Source: Phoronis australis (taxonomy: Eukaryota > Animalia > Phoronida). From it: a DNA stretch of 64,000 nt. The notes beneath the pieces are model-generated. The model saw nothing but the letters and a program-made list of their open reading frames with translations, was not told the DNA's origin and did not search any database. This document shows, one piece after another, positions 61,279-64,000 of this stretch (position 1 is its first letter; each line of letters opens with the position of its first letter). The position numbers and the translations under genes are program-made. The DNA is taken from contig NMRA01000282.1 in NCBI GenBank assembly GCA_002633005.1, forward strand, positions 395,748 through 459,747, given 5' to 3'.

Positions 61279-61835
61279 TGGTATACAGATTTTTAGGCGC
61301 TAGCTTTATTCGACGGACAGCGCGAGGAAAATTTACCTTAAAGAACTGCATTCTAGAGACACGCAGCTGGAAAATGCATATCATATTCATAACAATTAAA
61401 AATTCTTACACCAAAATCGTGAAAAGGGCATATTTTCATGGACCCTGGTACCCNCCCTGCCGCTGCACTCAGAGCATGATATGTCATATTCCCAATGGAC
61501 TGTACGTGAATTATCCAATGCCGGCAACACCCCTTCATGCACTACTAGCAAAGCACGTGACCTCACACCTCGCGAATATTTCGCTCCTAGGTATACGATG
61601 TCAACAGTCTCGCCTATTTTGAGTGCACCCGTGCAAAATTGGGTCCAATGCATCCCCAAATCTCCACTTAATCATTAATTTTTGCTATTCGTGAAAAGGT
61701 CCACGGCGAGTGGTTACCCCCAACCCCTCTGCGGTTGCCCTGCTCCAGACGTCAACCCACCCAACGGTGGACACCCCCCCCTGTCGCAACCTTCCAGTGA
61801 CCACCACCCCCCGGTCGTACCCCTCCAGTGACCAN

Positions 61836-62353
61836 NNNNNNNNNNNNNNNNNNNNNNNNNNNNNNNNNNNNNNNNNNNNNNNNNNNNNNNNNNNNNNNNN
61901 NNNNNNNNNNNNNNNNNNNNNNNNNNNNNNNNNNNNNNNNNNNNNNNNNNNNNNNNNNNNNNNNNNNNNNNNNNNNNNNNNNNNNNNNNNNNNNNNNNNN
62001 NNNNNNNNNNNNNNNNNNNNNNNNNNNNNNNNNNNNNNNNNNNNNNNNNNNNNNNNNNNNNNNNNNNNNNNNNNNNNNNNNNNNNNNNNNNNNNNNNNNN
62101 NNNNNNNNNNNNNNNNNNNNNNNNNNNNNNNNNNNNNNNNNNNNNNNNNNNNNNNNNNNNNNNNNNNNNNNNNNNNNNNNNNNNNNNNNNNNNNNNNNNN
62201 NNNNNNNNNNNNNNNNNNNNNNNNNNNNNNNNNNNNNNNNNNNNNNNNNNNNNNNNNNNNNNNNNNNNNNNNNNNNNNNNNNNNNNNNNNNNNNNNNNNN
62301 NNNNNNNNNNNNNNNNNNNNNNNNNNNNNNNNNNNNNNNNNNNNNNNNNNNNN
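61836..62353. other. Assembly gap (N run)
   Basis: Run of N. Shorter Ns occur at 17847, 27941, 60013-60020 and 61454. Confidence 1.
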
Positions 62354-64000
62354 CTTATTGCCTCCTAACGGAGAGAGAGGTGGCTTCAAATGAAAGTTCA
62401 TGCATACTGTACATTTTCAAATAAGATGGAAATGAGTAAAAACAATCTACTGACCTGATAAGCGATGCTTGAAGTGACATCTCTCAATAAAACTTTCACG
62501 TTTACGTTTGCAAAAACCGAACCGGCGACAAAACGGAAACGGAAGTGCAACTTGCTGCGACCTTGACCCCTGACTTGAATGACAGTTGTTGGGAACACGG
62601 GAGACAGGAGAGGGAGCCGGTTTCTCTGCGGGTTCGGAAACTGAAGGAAGGTTTGTGGGTTGAACGTAAGTCACTGAATGTTAAAAGGTGCTGCAATTGC
62701 AAGTCAGGTTGTCTGGTAGGCAATACATCGCCTTCGCCGTGGGCTCCGAATCGGCGAATTTTTGCAAGTTTTTATTGGCTGCAGTGCTCTATTACTATTA
62801 CTATTCTAGTATTTGTCTTTTCATTCGTCAAAGTATTACTGCTGTTTTGTGGGTTGTAACTGCTGAAATAAATTGGAATGTCAAAAACACACTGGTAATT
62901 TTTCAACGTGTTGGCTTCTGAAATTGAATTTTTCATGAAAAGTTAGTGCAGAATTTCTTTTTTGGCTGAAGAAGCATTTGATAAACATTGGCCAAAATGC
63001 TGTGATGGTTTTTTATCTGTTGACAACACTTTTATTTATTTATTGAAAGCACTGAACAATAGACAAAGAATGCACACACACACACACCACTCACGCCCAT
63101 ACATTTCGAGACACGGCAACAAAATTAGAACCCTTGCGTAGCCTACTGAAGAAAACAAAACAGCTAGACACGGCCATCTATTGCTAAATTTTTTATATTC
63201 ATTATTTCTGAAATAGAGATATTTTTCCCTTTGAATGTACTTAAGCACCTCCTTCCTGAACATTTTGAAGGGAAATCGTAGTCTTTGATAGTAGATGTGA
63301 TATTTTCCGAGACTGAGCGATGTAATTTGCCAAAGAAAACTGTAGACAAGAGATTAAGTTTAGCAAATAACCAATGACTGATTGCAGACCAACAATTATT
63401 GGTCGCAATACAATTCAAGTATAAACAAGTCATATTTTCTGGCTCTTTTTTGAAGAGATCTGATTGATTGACATCAATTTTGATAAGAGGTCAACCTACA
63501 GACAAAAATTTAAAATTGCGTCTACATTAGCATTTAGGTGTCATCTAAAGGCACAGTCTCTCTAGTTTCAGGGCTCATATTTGAATTTCCTATCGCTTTT
63601 GATTATTTCCTAATCGGACTCATTTTTGGAGGTCAATTAACCCTAAACAAGTACCCTCTTTTTTATGTGTCTTGCTAATTATTATCACAAATAAGCTAAT
63701 TATGGGTATCTTGTTACACTGTCAAATTTGTGCAATCACATGAACCCTAAATTTTCTAAAAAAATATCATTTGATCTGTTTCGCATCATCGACCTCCTTG
63801 GTTCAAAGGTCAACTCCTGGATATCATGGTGCTGTACGTCCATCACAAAAAAGTGCTAAAAAGTTTTAAGTAATTTCAGATTTTCTTTTAACTTGTTTCT
63901 CAATGATATTGACCCAAATTTTAGACCCTCAGAGATTATTCGTTAAGTCAGAAATCGTTTGACGGATGTACGGAAAATTTGTACATCCGTCACGTACGTC

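Noticed and set aside
61685-62424. Long ORFs of 198-238 aa in the ORF track
   Set aside because: Artefacts of translating through the N gap.

Overview
This is AT-rich, intron-containing animal genomic DNA. The repeat landscape suggests a marine invertebrate, but the species cannot be determined from this window. It contains no prokaryotic features, rRNA or CRISPR array. Left part: the last two coding exons of a C-type lectin gene (+, 1..2332) and six well-supported coding exons of mitochondrial 3-hydroxyisobutyryl-CoA hydrolase, HIBCH (-, 5978..12489). I could not find the HIBCH 3' exons in the window, so the lectin probably lies inside a HIBCH intron. Two HIBCH introns carry degenerate tandem copies of the preceding exon's 3' end plus its splice donor. 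Middle (20-52 kb): four co-oriented ORFs about 10 kb apart. Each sits entirely in one exon just behind a splice acceptor and encodes a small, apparently signal-peptide-less membrane or membrane-anchored protein with juxtamembrane Cys. Two carry PPxY/LPxY motifs and one has a Cys-rich tail with a SILK motif. Also here: an 81-bp minisatellite containing splice signals, a decayed type II membrane-protein gene (-), and a 475-bp duplication that looks like two haplotypes of a polymorphic MITE insertion. Right part: an intact-looking Merlin/IS1595-family DDE transposase (-, 57702..58610), Helentron-like repeats and an assembly gap. Non-autonomous DNA transposons (hAT-type, TTAA/Kolobok-type, Helentron-associated) are scattered throughout. 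All calls come from reading the sequence by eye; no database searches were run.
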